From contig NC_068991.1 in NCBI RefSeq assembly GCF_001194135.2, positions 58,445,651 to 58,495,628 on the forward strand: a DNA stretch of 49,978 nucleotides. Direction: 5' to 3'. Position numbers and translations under genes: made by a program. The DNA is from Octopus bimaculoides. Taxonomy: Eukaryota. Below, piece by piece: positions 22,843 to 35,397 of this stretch. The notes under the pieces are model-generated. The model saw only the letters and a list, made by a program, of their open reading frames with translations, was not told the origin of the DNA and did not search any database. Numbering within the stretch: the first letter of the stretch is position 1; each line of letters begins with the position of its first letter.

Positions 22843-23692
22843 TTACTATTATTATTATTATTATTATTATTAATTTTGCTCTTGTTTTTCAGTTGTGTTC
22901 GTTTGTTTATCCGTGAACAAGATATCTTAAGAACCCTTGNNNNNNNNNNNNNNNNNNNNNNNNNNNNNNNNNNNNNNNNNNNNNNNNNNNNNNNNNNNNN
23001 NNNNNNNNNNNNNNNNNNNNNNNNNNNNNNNNNNNNNNNNNNNNNNNNNNNNNNNNNNNNNNNNNNNNNNNNNNNNNNNNNNNNNNNNNNNNNNNNNNNN
23101 NNNNNNNNNNNNNNNNNNNNNNNNNNNNNNNNNNNNNNNNNNNNNNNNNNNNNNNNNNNNNNNNNNNNNNNNNNNNNNNNNNNNNNNNNNNNNNNNNNNN
23201 NNNNNNNNNNNNNNNNNNNNNNNNNNNNNNNNNNNNNNNNNNNNNNNNNNNNNNNNNNNNNNNNNNNNNNNNNNNNNNNNNNNNNNNNNNNNNNNNNNNN
23301 NNNNNNNNNNNNNNNNNNNNNNNNNNNNNNNNNNNNNNNNNNNNNNNNNNNNNNNNNNNNNNNNNNNNNNNNNNNNNNNNNNNNNNNNNNNNNNNNNNNN
23401 NNNNNNNNNNNNNNNNNNNNNNNNNNNNNNNNNNNNNNNNNNNNNNNNNNNNNNNNNNNNNNNNNNNNNNNNNNNNNNNNNNNNNNNNNNNNNNNNNNNN
23501 NNNNNNNNNNNNNNNNNNNNNNNNNNNNNNNNNNNNNNNNNNNNNNNNNNNNNNNNNNNNNNNNNNNNNNNNNNNNNNNNNNNNNNNNNNNNNNNNNNNN
23601 NNNNNNNNNNNNNNNNNNNNNNNNNNNNNNNNNNNNNNNNNNNNNNNNNNNNNNNNNNNNNNNNNGGCGGCGGCAGCGGCGGCGGCGGTGCC

Positions 23693-23755
<63 letters not shown>

Positions 23756-23904
23756 TGTAGGAGGAGGAGGAGGAGGAGGAGGAACAATTACACGAGGAAC
23801 GAAATGCTAATCAGAAATAGACCTGAAAAATGAAAACACTCAGCTAGGCCGTGAATATTGACATTGTGTGTGTGTATGTGTGTAAGTGCATGTGTTTTGA
23901 CGTC

Positions 23905-24123
23905 TTCGTGTCTCTGTTTCCCTTCTCTATTTGACAACTAGTGCTGGTTAGTGTACACTCCCGTAAACTAGCTGTTCGACAAGGAAGACCGATGAAATAA
24001 ATTCCAAGCTGAGCGGAAAAACAAAATAGTAGCGGCGTAGATACATTCGATTAATGTTAAAAAGAAAATATCTTGAAGGCGGTGTCCCAACATGGCTGCA
24101 GTCTAATGATTGAAGCAAGCAAA
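23905..24123 (+). mobile_element. SINE family A, 3' half
   Basis: ttgacaactagtgctgg..cccgtaaactagctgttcg..gaccgatgaaataa..gaaggcggtgtcccaacatggctgcagtctaatgattgaa. Confidence 0.75.
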
Positions 24124-24717
24124 TCTATCTCGAGTCCCACCTAAAACATGTGACATAAACGTCGGGATATATTGCATAATAATAGTTCCATATCGACTAT
24201 AACCGACAAAAATGCTGGGCTGGATAAGTCATGCCTGGAACAGATTTAATTATGAACACTACTCCATCAACTCTGATTGACCCAATGTTAAACAAGAACA
24301 ACGGCGCAATTGTTGCTAACATATTATTTTTGACACAATCAATAACTGTATTTCTCCATCTACATTGGTTCCTGCCATAATACATACCATAATTCTTCAC
24401 CATTACCATTTTGTCTTAGAGAATGATCGCTTTAGTTCTGACTGCTTCAAGAAACGTTATTGTCTAAGTGCAATGCATTTTATATATTTATATATTTTTT
24501 ATTTGGTGAAGGTATTGGTTCTTTCTGCTGTTTTGGGTTTTTTTTTAAATATATATATTGGTTTGCTAGCCTGAAGACTCTTGCAGATCGATGGAATATA
24601 TAGAAAGCCCCAACAGTCCTTGGTTGTATTGTATTGTGGAGAAAATATTTTTCCCTCTTTTTGTTTCTTCTGAATTTATTTCATGACACGAAAACTATTT
24701 TCGTTTTTCCCTATTTT

Positions 24718-24749
<32 letters not shown>

Positions 24750-26953
24750 ACTCTCTCTCTCTCTCTCACTCACTCTCTCTCTCNNNNNNNNNNNNNNNNN
24801 NNNNNNNNNNNNNNNNNNNNNNNNNNNNNNNNNNNNNNNNNNNNNNNNNNNNNNNNNNNNNNNNNNNNNNNNNNNNNNNNNNNNNNNNNNNNNNNNNNNN
24901 NNNNNNNNNNNNNNNNNNNNNNNNNNNNNNNNNNNNNNNNNNNNNNNNNNNNNNNNNNNNNNNNNNNNNNNNNNNNNNNNNNNNNNNNNNNNNNNNNNNN
25001 NNNNNNNNNNNNNNNNNNNNNNNNNNNNNNNNNNNNNNNNNNNNNNNNNNNNNNNNNNNNNNNNNNNNNNNNNNNNNNNNNNNNNNNNNNNNNNNNNNNN
25101 NNNNNNNNNNNNNNNNNNNNNNNNNCTATCTATCTATCTATCTCTCACTAGTCCATATCTTCACCAGCCCTACTCCTCCGATTCACATCTTATTCACCTC
25201 AATCCACATATTACGTATGGTACATCCGACATCAAAATACTCCACCAAAAATAATAGCATTGATGATGATGATGATGATGATAATGATGATGATGATGAT
25301 GATGATTAAGAGGAGGATGGTGAGGAAAAGGGGGAAGAAGAGGAGGTAGAGGAGTAAGAAGAGGAAAAGTGTAGAAAGAGGAGCTGGAAGAGGAAGGAGA
25401 GGAAGAAAAGGATGTAGAGGAGGAGGAAGCGGAGGAGGAGGAGGAAGCGGAGGAGGAGGAGGAAGCGGAGGAGGAGGAAGAGGTGAAAGCTGAAGATTAT
25501 ATCGATGATGTCTATGATGATGAAGATACGATGATGAAAATAATAAGGATGATAATGGTGATGACGATGATGATGATGATGATGGTGGTGGTGGTTGTGG
25601 TAGTGGTGATGATGATGGTGATGATGATGATGGTTTTAGTTTTCTATACAACTGTTAGACTGAGGTAAAATTATATTATTCGCTTTATCCGTGGGTTTCC
25701 CTCCTCCCAGCCCCTCACCCCGTACGTTCATTTTTGTACTTCGTAGATTCATTTCTTTCAGTTGTCATTTATATATTTTCCTCCTTCTTTTCATTCTTGT
25801 TTTCTAGTTGAGTTTACTATGCTTTTTTCTTTTGTTTGTTTTGTTTCTTGTTGCTGTTTTTATGGGTGCTTTTCCATCTTCATTTTTTGCTCACCCTTGT
25901 TATAATTTATCACGAAGAAGACATAATACGAAGTCGCAAAAAGAATAATACACACACACACATACACGCTAACGCAAGCACCATCACCCCCCACATGACA
26001 CACACGCACAGGACATACACCACACATATACCACACACACACAAACACATGCTCACGCATGCACAACGCACAATCACCATAGACACAGCGCAAGTATATA
26101 CACACGCTCACAAGCTCTACTGCAGACACCCTCAGACATACTGATATGCGTACACATAAATATGTATAAATGTATGCATATATATNNNNNNNNNNNNNNN
26201 NNNNNNNNNNNNNNNNNNNNNNNNNNNNNNNNNNNNNNNNNNNNNNNNNNNNNNNNNNNNNNNNNNNNNNNNNNNNNNNNNNNNNNNNNNNNNNNNNNNN
26301 NNNNNNNNNNNNNNNNNNNNNNNNNNNNNNNNNNNNNNNNNNNNNNNNNNNNNNNNNNNNNNNNNNNNNNNNNNNNNNNNNNNNNNNNNNNNNNNNNNNN
26401 NNNNNNNNNNNNNNNNNNNNNNNNNNNNNNNNNNNNNNNNNNNNNNNNNNNNNNNNNNNNNNNNNNNNNNNNNNNNNNNNNNNNNNNNNNNNNNNNNNNN
26501 NNNNNNNNNNNNNNNNNNNNNNNNNNNNNNNNNNNNNNNNNNNNNNNNNNNNNNNNNNNNNNNNNNNNNNNNNNNNNNNNNNNNNNNNNNNNNNNNNNNN
26601 NNNNNNNNNNNNNNNNNNNNNNNNNNNNNNNNNNNNNNNNNNNNNNNNNNNNNNNNNNNNNNNNNNNNNNNNNNNNNNNNNNNNNNNNNNNNNNNNNNNN
26701 NNNNNNNNNNNNNNNNNNNNNNNNNNNNNNNNNNNNNNNNNNNNNNNNNNNNNNNNNNNNNNNNNNNNNNNNNNNNNNNNNNNNNNNNNNNNNNNNNNNN
26801 NNNNNNNNNNNNNNNNNNNNNNNNNNNNNNNNNNNNNNNNNNNNNNNNNNNNNNNNNNNNNNNNNNNNNNNNNNNNNNNNNNNNNNNNNNNNNNNNNNNN
26901 NNNNNNNNNNNNNNNNNNNNNNNNNNNNNNNNNNNNNNNNNNNNNNNNNNNNN

Positions 26954-26992
<39 letters not shown>

Positions 26993-27712
26993 TAATATAC
27001 ATACATGCATTCATACATATATATATGCACACACATCCACCCATCCATCCAACCATACATACACATATATGCTTAATGTAATATGTATTTTGTTATCCAT
27101 AAAAAATTTAGTTCCGCAATAGATAGCATATCGCTGATCGTTATAGTCATATATCGTGTATTTTGTAATCATTCTAAATGCAACTCTCTGACAGTTGATA
27201 GGGAAAACCAATTTAAGAATTACTAGCAAAACACAGACAGGAGGTGTAGCAGAAATATTCCATAGTCTTCCCTCGTTCGATCATTTCGTTCTCGCTCTCA
27301 GCCATACTAATTTGCATTGATTTTCATAGTATTTCAATGACTGATATTTGATAGTGCTGAAACGCGTCGCTTTCACTCAAATAATGAAAGCACTAGTAAG
27401 ATCGTATTTTTGTTACCTAAGACATAAATAATAGACTCTGCTGGTTGACGAAATTATTTACTTGATTCCACAAAAAGCACAATCTCACTTAATATGAGGA
27501 AATGGTATCAATGTGTGATAGAAAATATAATCTTTGAATGATAGTCACCGTGGCAAGAAGACATCTCAAAAATTGTTCTATAACTAGGCACGCAACAAAT
27601 ACGCATCTTATTTATGTATAGCATCTATAAAAGTCTGTGTAGCTAGGAAAGTGCATACACATATGTATATATGTAGATATTTATATGTATGTATCTTGAG
27701 AATAAATGCATA

Positions 27713-27760
<48 letters not shown>

Positions 27761-28371
27761 NNNNNNNNNNNNNNNNNNNNNNNNNNNNNNNNNNNNNNNN
27801 NNNNNNNNNNNNNNNNNNNNNNNNNNNNNNNNNNNNNNNNNNNNNNNNNNNNNNNNNNNNNNNNNNNNNNNNNNNNNNNNNNNNNNNNNNNNNNNNNNNN
27901 NNNNNNNNNNNNNNNNNNNNNNNNNNNNNNNNNNNNNNNNNNNNNNNNNNNNNNNNNNNNNNNNNNNNNNNNNNNNNNNNNNNNNNNNNNNNNNNNNNNN
28001 NNNNNNNNNNNNNNNNNNNNNNNNNNNNNNNNNNNNNNNNNNNNNNNNNNNNNNNNNNNNNNNNNNNNNNNNNNNNNNNNNNNNNNNNNNNNNNNNNNNN
28101 NNNNNNNNNNNNNNNNNNNNNNNNNNNNNNNNNNNNNNNNNNNNNNNNNNNNNNNNNNNNNNNNNNNNNNNNNNNNNNNNNNNNNNNNNNNNNNNNNNNN
28201 NNNNNNNNNNNNNNNNNNNNNNNNNNNNNNNNNNNNNNNNNNNNNNNNNNNNNNNNNNNNNNNNNNNNNNNNNNNNNNNNNNNNNNNNNNNNNNNNNNNN
28301 NNNNNNNNNNNNNNNNNNNNNNNNNNNNNNNNNNNNNNNNNNNNNNNNNNNNNNNNNNNNNNNNNNNNNNN

Positions 28372-28385
28372 CGCTCTTCCGATCT
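28372..28385 (+). other. Illumina adapter remnant (assembly artefact)
   Basis: CGCTCTTCCGATCT immediately after an N-gap is the 3' end of the Illumina read-primer sequence ...GACGCTCTTCCGATCT. Confidence 0.9.
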
Positions 28386-28525
28386 TATATACATACATAC
28401 ATGCATACATACACACATACATGCATTCATGCATACATACGTACGTACGTACATACATGCATGCATACATACATAGATACATACTTACATACATACATAC
28501 ATATGTATGCATACATATATATGAG

Positions 28526-29014
28526 GCAAACTGACCAGATATCTTTGTGAAAACTAATGTTGAAAAAATGTCTTTCGATGAATGTTGCAACCGCGACTAA
28601 GGAAAACATATCTGTGAAAACATGTAAAAAATCGCTCAAATACAAGAACTCGGAAACGGTTATCAGACGAATGTAGCATCTCAAAGCAACATTAGCTACT
28701 GTTGTTGGAACACTTGGAATGATATCAAATGAAACGAACAAATATCTGGACTAAATTCTTGGCATCCCCAAAATAAGTAAACTGTGGGTACCTCACATAT
28801 TTTACGTAAATTGCATTTTATGTTAATTTAATCTTATTATTTCAGTATTATTATATATTTTATCAAGGGACTTTTTCTATTCACATTCAGACAGAAGCTC
28901 TTTCAGCTGCTGGCTACCTCATCTGTTAGCATCTCTTAAATGCAAAAACATGTCTCTTGACGTCTATGGTTAAGATCTGAATGCAGCTTGTATAAATTGA
29001 AGCGAAGTCTAAAT

Positions 29015-29015
<1 letters not shown>
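28526..29015 (+). mobile_element. R4/Dong-clade non-LTR retrotransposon, 3' fragment (restriction-like endonuclease domain plus 3' UTR)
   Basis: AN*PDIFVK../KCLSMNVAT..ENISVKT..KSLKYKNSET.I.RM*HLK...VVGTLGMIS..T.KYL..I.GIP../GTSHILRK matches the ANRPDI..C.LIDVA.P..K.SKYKDL..VIGALG..GTAHILR pattern. The 3' UTR runs straight into a long (TAA)n. Confidence 0.8.

Positions 29016-29098
<83 letters not shown>
29016..29098 (+). repeat. (TAA)n microsatellite at the 3' end of the R4/Dong fragment
   Basis: Direct reading. Confidence 0.95.
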
Positions 29099-29099
<1 letters not shown>

Positions 29100-29853
29100 C
29101 TACAATGACGACAACGGTGATGACAGTGGCGATGTTGTCGATGATGATGTTCATGATGAAAACTACGATCAAATAATTAATGATATTAATGAGATGGTGT
29201 TGGTAGTGTGTAGTGCTTAACTGAGGATGAATAAAAGAAATGAACCAGGAATAGGAAAGAATACGTGAGAGAGAGGGGGAGGAGAGAGGGGGGATGAGAG
29301 AGGAGAGAGATATATGGGGAGGAGAAAGGAAGAAAGAAAATATATACTTTACCGTGTGGAGGAATGTTTGTATAAACGACAATGCATGCTTATGAGAGAG
29401 AAAAAAAACGATATATTGAGAAAAGAGAGGGAGAGAGAAAGAAAAAGAGAAAGAGAGAAAGAGAGAAAGAGAGAGAAAGAGGGAGAGAGACGGTGATGCA
29501 TGTGGGTGAGATAAGATGGAGTGAAGAATTAAATAATATAATTAATTAATGGCACCAACACATTCTTTGTAAAAGAAAAAAAAAATTTAAAAGTAACATT
29601 ACACAGATAATGAGGTGGATTTCGAGGAAAAAACTATTTGAGAAGCAACGAGAACCATGGGAAGGATAATAGCAACAAGGATAATCCACAGTGAAGATTG
29701 GCATTATCGTCAACACCAACAACACAAGCACCAGTGACAATTCTATCATTTGTATTGGCGGTGGCAACGGTGTAATGGTGAAAGCAAAGACAAGCATTCG
29801 CAGAAATAATGGCAATTATAAAAAGCCACTTCTACCAAAATCTACTACTACTA

Positions 29854-29906
<53 letters not shown>

Positions 29907-30110
29907 ACTGCCACTACTACTACTACTACTACAAATGTCTTCACTGTTGCTTCTCACACATGCAGTGCTAAAGCCACGAGGAACAGTGTGGTAAGAGAGT
30001 GAAACAGTTTGAACGTAGAAATGTAACGAAATTGTGGAATTTATTCTCCTCCGCCCTTTCTTCCAATTACTACTACTACTACTACTAATTATAATAATAA
30101 TAATAAATAT

Positions 30111-30257
30111 AATAATCCTTTCTACTATAGGCACAAAGTTTGAAAAGGATGGAAGGCAATGTCGACCTCGGTGGGATTTGAACTCAGAATTTGAAGAAGG
30201 ACGAAATGCTGCTAAGCATTTAGCCCGGCGTACTAATGACTCAGCCAGATCTCCGCC

Positions 30258-30259
<2 letters not shown>
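30111..30259 (-). mobile_element. SINE family B, internally deleted, flanked by (AAT)n on both sides
   Basis: Minus strand AAGGCGGAGATCTGGCTGAGTC..GCCGGGCTAAATGCTTAGC..CTGAGTTCAAATCCCACCGAGGTCGACATTGCCTTCCATCCTTT joined to GTGCCTATAGTAGAAAGGATTATT. Confidence 0.85.
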
Positions 30260-30323
<64 letters not shown>

Positions 30324-31369
30324 TCAACAACAGCAACAATAATAATTTATAATACTTTCTAATATTAGCACGGGGCCTGCAGTTTTGTGGGGGTGGGAGC
30401 TAGTTGATTATATTTGAATAACAGATTGATTCGCTCAGTTGAGCATTAAAATCAGAAAAAAGGAACAGTTATGATGATTAGAAATTAATAACTAACAAGT
30501 AGGTCATACAGCGAAGCATAGGAAAGAATACGTGAGAGAGAGGGGGGAGGAGAGAGGGGGAGGAGAGAGGGGGGAGGAGAGGGGAGAGAGATATATGGGG
30601 AGGAGAAAGGAAGAAAGAAAATAGAAAGAAAATCGTGTCGAAAATCGTATGAGACGTGCAGGAGAATAAAAACGTAGAGAAGTGCAGGAGGATAAAACAT
30701 ACGTCTGTTTCTTTGAGATTCGTCAGTAGCAACTAGTATCCATAGCAACTGCATACTACGAAAGAAAATAGCGTCCAGAGATGAAGGAATACAGCAATTA
30801 AGAAATCACTAGTGTAGTAAGTCGGCAGGCTAGATTTTTTTTTTAAATCGGTATTAGCGATTTAATTCAGAGTGGGAATCGGTATTTCATACATGAAGCA
30901 GATATAGCTTCAAAAGTCAGCTATGCTGCGGTATTCGTCCCGAGAATGCCTCGCTTATAGACGTTTAGTGTTAAAAAGCACATACTACTTCCGACTCTAT
31001 TAACGGATTTTTATTCAGGCTGTAGACGTGTTACAAAATTATGGGTTTCTTAATCACTGTTTTCATATCAGGCTGTCGACTTGTTGCGAAATTATAGATG
31101 TCTTAACCACTGTTTATATACCTCAGTAGAACCTAACTTTTTGTGTTAGCATGAAGTTACTAGTGGATTCTTAATACTGACGAAGCTCAAGGAGGCAGAA
31201 ATATGTCTTTGGCAATACCAACAACACTGCTGGGCGATTTTCGCTTGCCGCTGATGAATTTATGTGAATTTTGTTGACATTATAAACTTATAAGACATGT
31301 GTTCTTGAGAACATTTCAGTTTAATATAATTTCAAAGACATCATACTTTAAGTATGCTATCTTTCATCT

Positions 31370-31452
31370 TTTATACCTTACTTGTATCCGTGTTTTGGTT
31401 GCGGCCATGCTAAGGCACCACCATGGAGAAATTTTAGTCGAATGTATCGATA
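31370..31452 (-). mobile_element. SINE family A, 3'-terminal fragment
   Basis: ttgcggccatgctaaggcaccacc..ttttagtcgaatgtatcga. Confidence 0.6.
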
Positions 31453-32041
31453 AATAAATTCCATAAGTAAATTACAACCACTCCTAAATACCTAACTAAA
31501 CAGCAACAAATTTATTAAATCTTACAAAATTATAATCCCTACCGTCTTCCGTAGTATAATGTAAAAGTAAAAGTTTAATAACCACATTATTTCAATCTAT
31601 CACTATATAGGCAGGATTAAACACTAACTTTACTAAAACTACAAGAGACATTTAAACCAATGTACATTGTATCGGTATTAATAGTAAACTGCAATAACTA
31701 AATTATATGCTAAATTGCGATCCATCTTTAAGTCCATATAAATAATATTCCCACCGGTCTTCCATAGATAATACTATAAATTTTTTTCCAAAACAAAACA
31801 CTATTGAAATTAATTTAACTAATATTTTTATGAGTAAAGTACATTATCTCATCATTCAAAAGTTAATAATAAAACACTACATACTCATTAATATATCACC
31901 ACTACAAGTTATAATATTAAATTACCAGTGACTAATATACACTTAAATTTCATTAAATAGAAACTAATGAAAGTACTTGTAATAAACTAATATTATAAAC
32001 CTTGCTATGTTTAAAGCTAATTAGACTGTTTAAAAGACAAT

Positions 32042-32086
32042 AAAACTACAAGTATTAAAACTACAAGTATTAAAGCTACAAGTATT
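32042..32086 (+). repeat. 15-bp tandem repeat x3 (AAAACTACAAGTATT) in the putative PLE 3' region
   Basis: Direct reading. Confidence 0.9.
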
Positions 32087-32247
32087 AACACTTACATGTT
32101 TAATCAGACACGCGGCTCCACCAAGAATTTAAAGGGCAACTAAATATTAACAACTTAGTGAGGAATTACCACTTTCTCAATTGTCTCAACTGGTGATGTA
32201 GTAAGCAAATTACTCGAATCATTTACCGCCAAATCTTTACAAATATT

Positions 32248-32694
32248 TCATAAGCTAGATAGTACCCCATATTTATTTAAAATTCCTAGTTTCCCACCTA
32301 AACAGCGATTAAAGGTTTTAACCAACTTACCACGTTTATAACCTTGTTTAACTAAATGCCTTAACGGCTTATTTATTCTTTCCAAACATTTATTAGTATT
32401 ATTAATAATAGTACTTTATCTAACGATTTGCTCTGCAAAAGTACCATAACCAATAAAAGAAGAAATTTTAGTAGTGAACCATGGCATTGACGCCACTTGG
32501 AAACCAAAATTTTCTGTTTTATTATAAATGTCAGTACATATTTCATTATTATCCTTAATTACTAGATTGATATCTAAATAATTAATATTTCAGATATTGT
32601 TACCATTTCTGGTGGTTATAAGCTCACAAGGGTATATTTTTCTGATTAAAAACTCGAAGAAACCATAATTAGGTATAAATATATCAAATATATA
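32248..32694 (-). pseudogene. Penelope-like element RT, palm/thumb C-terminal fragment (Naiad-like layout)
   Basis: 149 codons in one frame, two internal stops: YIFDIFIPN..IYPCEL..*NINYLDINLVI...TDIYNKTENFGFQVASMPWFTTKISSFIGYGTFAEQIVR*S..RI..L..LVKQGYKRGKLVKTF..LNKYGVLSSL*. This fits the PLE pattern YIDD..IYP.EL..YLD..IYDKRD.F.F....P...S.I....YG....Q..RY..L.QGY....L.K.F..KY. Confidence 0.85.
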
Positions 32695-33294
32695 TGTACG
32701 TATGAATGTATGTATGTATGTATGTATGTATGTATGTATGTGTATGTATATGTATGTATATATTTNNNNNNNNNNNNNNNNNNNNNNNNNNNNNNNNNNN
32801 NNNNNNNNNNNNNNNNNNNNNNNNNNNNNNNNNNNNNNNNNNNNNNNNNNNNNNNNNNNNNNNNNNNNNNNNNNNNNNNNNNNNNNNNNNNNNNNNNNNN
32901 NNNNNNNNNNNNNNNNNNNNNNNNNNNNNNNNNNNNNNNNNNNNNNNNNNNNNNNNNNNNNNNNNNNNNNNNNNNNNNNNNNNNNNNNNNNNNNNNNNNN
33001 NNNNNNNNNNNNNNNNNNNNNNNNNNNNNNNNNNNNNNNNNNNNNNNNNNNNNNNNNNNNNNNNNNNNNNNNNNNNNNNNNNNNNNNNNNNNNNNNNNNN
33101 NNNNNNNGTGTGCATGCATATATATATATATTCTTCACCATCGTCCCACCTTATTCGCACTCAATTTTTTGTTCTTGGATTTTGTTCGATTTTTGGGACG
33201 TACTCTTGCTTAGTATAAAATGATATCAGCTACAAGTTTCACATAAGCTTGCTTCAAAGCGATAGGGTTATTACATCGGGATTTCGTTTCAACA

Positions 33295-33401
33295 ATACAC
33301 ACAGAATGAAATACTCCATTGATATTCCGAGCTGTCTGTGATGCTGCCTTTTCAAGAAAGAACTCATATTTCAAAACTGTACGAATTTCCGACTTAAACA
33401 A
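33295..33401 (-). pseudogene. mariner transposase N-terminal fragment
   Basis: FKSEIRTVLKYEFFLEKAASQTARNINGVF matches the mariner N-terminal pattern KSxIRxxxxYEFxxGxxAxQTARNINxVF. Confidence 0.8.
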
Positions 33402-34219
33402 AAATAGCTAAAAGCGATTTATAAGTACTTTATAAAGCACAAAATGAATTAGAATAAAGAAATAGATGAGTCAGCTTTCTAGCAAAAAATAAAGATTGTC
33501 AAAACATACACATATTTACGTAATCTCTTGAGCAACTAGACTAACGAATGTTGTTATACGTCGCTGGTCCTAATGCGCTTGGCATTGTTTTAGCTTTCGA
33601 GTGATGTCACCTTGTTGGCGAAAGTGATTAAGCCATCTTCCGCTGCACATAGTTTCGCGAATTTATGCGTCCATTTGCGTTAAAAATAAGTAAATTAGAC
33701 ATTCGAAAATTAGACTTCGACAAAATACATGTCAGACTTCAATAAATGCTGTTGATGAAATCCCTTAAGAGCTGTACTTCCCCGTTCCAATAATGAAAAT
33801 CGTTAAATGTTAAACAGTATATGATAATGGCTTCAGGTGTGAAAACCTAACAACATCGTCTGAATGAGATGATACCAATTAGAGCAGACGGTGTTATCCA
33901 GCTGACAAAAATTATTGAATTGAAGTAAATCTATAACTGAGTGGTTTTATTTGTTACTTAAGCCGGTGAGTTCAGGGAAATTCTATTACTATAGATTTAT
34001 TGCTAGCGAATATAGCCACTAAATTTCTGAGACCTCACAATGTTAATAGTGTTCATCTAATACACTAAAATACAAAATTAAGCTATACATATTAAATATT
34101 TGCATAGACGTACATTGTCACAAACAGACACACTCAAACATTTCTCTCACTCTCTCTATTTCTCTCTCTCCACCCCCACACATATATATGTATATGTATA
34201 TATATACGTATATATATAC

Positions 34220-34267
<48 letters not shown>

Positions 34268-35397
34268 NNNNNNNNNNNNNNNNNNNNNNNNNNNNNNNNN
34301 NNNNNNNNNNNNNNNNNNNNNNNNNNNNNNNNNNNNNNNNNNNNNNNNNNNNNNNNNNNNNNNNNNNNNNNNNNNNNNNNNNNNNNNNNNNNNNNNNNNN
34401 NNNNNNNNNNNNNNNNNNNNNNNNNNNNNNNNNNNNNNNNNNNNNNNNNNNNNNNNNNNNNNNNNNNNNNNNNNNNNNNNNNNNNNNNNNNNNNNNNNNN
34501 NNNNNNNNNNNNNNNNNNNNNNNNNNNNNNNNNNNNNNNNNNNNNNNNNNNNNNNNNNNNNNNNNNNNNNNNNNNNNNNNNNNNNNNNNNNNNNNNNNNN
34601 NNNNNNNNNNNNNNNNNNNNNNNNNNNNNNNNNNNNNNNNNNNNNNNNNNNNNNNNNNNNNNNNNNNNNNNNNNNNNNNNNNNNNNNNNNNNNNNNNNNN
34701 NNNNNNNNNNNNNNNNNNNNNNNNNNNNNNNNNNNNNNNNNNNNNNNNNNNNNNNNNNNNNNNNNNNNNNNNNNNNNNNNNNNNNNNNNNNNNNNNNNNN
34801 NNNNNNNNNNNNNNNNNNNNNNNNNNNNNNNNNNNNNNNNNNNNNNNNNNNNNNNNNNNNNNNNNNNNNNNNNNNNNNNNNNNNNNNNNNNNNNNNNNNN
34901 NNNNNNNNNNNNNNNNNNNNNNNNNNNNNNNNNNNNNNNNNNNNNNNNNNNNNNNNNNNNNNNNNNNNNNNNNNNNNNNNNNNNNNNNNNNNNNNNNNNN
35001 NNNNNNNNNNNNNNNNNNNNNNNNNNNNNNNNNNNNNNNNNNNNNNNNNNNNNNNNNNNNNNNNNNNNNNNNNNNNNNNNNNNNNNNNNNNNNNNNNNNN
35101 NNNNNNNNNNNTTGCTCTGTGAGATTTAAACCAACCATTTGCAAATATTGACCCTGTGCCTTCTTTATTGCCATTGCAAAAGAGAGTTTGACAGGGAATT
35201 GAAGCTGCTTAAACTTGTAGATCGTATCGGAGGGAGGGAGGGAGGGACATTGGAGTTATAAGAATATCTTGACCAGCGGCCGTTCCATTCAAGATGGTTG
35301 CCTGTAGAACACGGGAGTATAAATCTTGATTATCATGCGCTTGCTGCTACACATTATTGGCGCATCCAAATTCCTCAGGAGCAAGATGGTTACCCCT

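Noticed and set aside
27335-27375. CTGATAT...GAAACGCGTC possible hammerhead
   Set aside because: The palindrome ACGCGT plus C is suggestive, but the CUGANGA core is incomplete and stems I and II do not pair.
31460-32250. Mitochondrial insertion (NUMT), suggested by extreme AT content
   Set aside because: No recognisable mitochondrial gene or tRNA. It lies directly downstream of the PLE RT and is better read as its 3' region.
32590-32592. In-frame TGA in the PLE RT as selenocysteine (reported for some Naiads)
   Set aside because: The same frame also has a TAA stop and an altered YIDD motif, so ordinary decay explains it. No SECIS identified.
33585-33625. Minus-strand ...GTGACATCACTCGAAAGCTA possible hammerhead
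   Set aside because: GAA-AGCT-A is present, but the upstream core matches only 4 of 7 positions.
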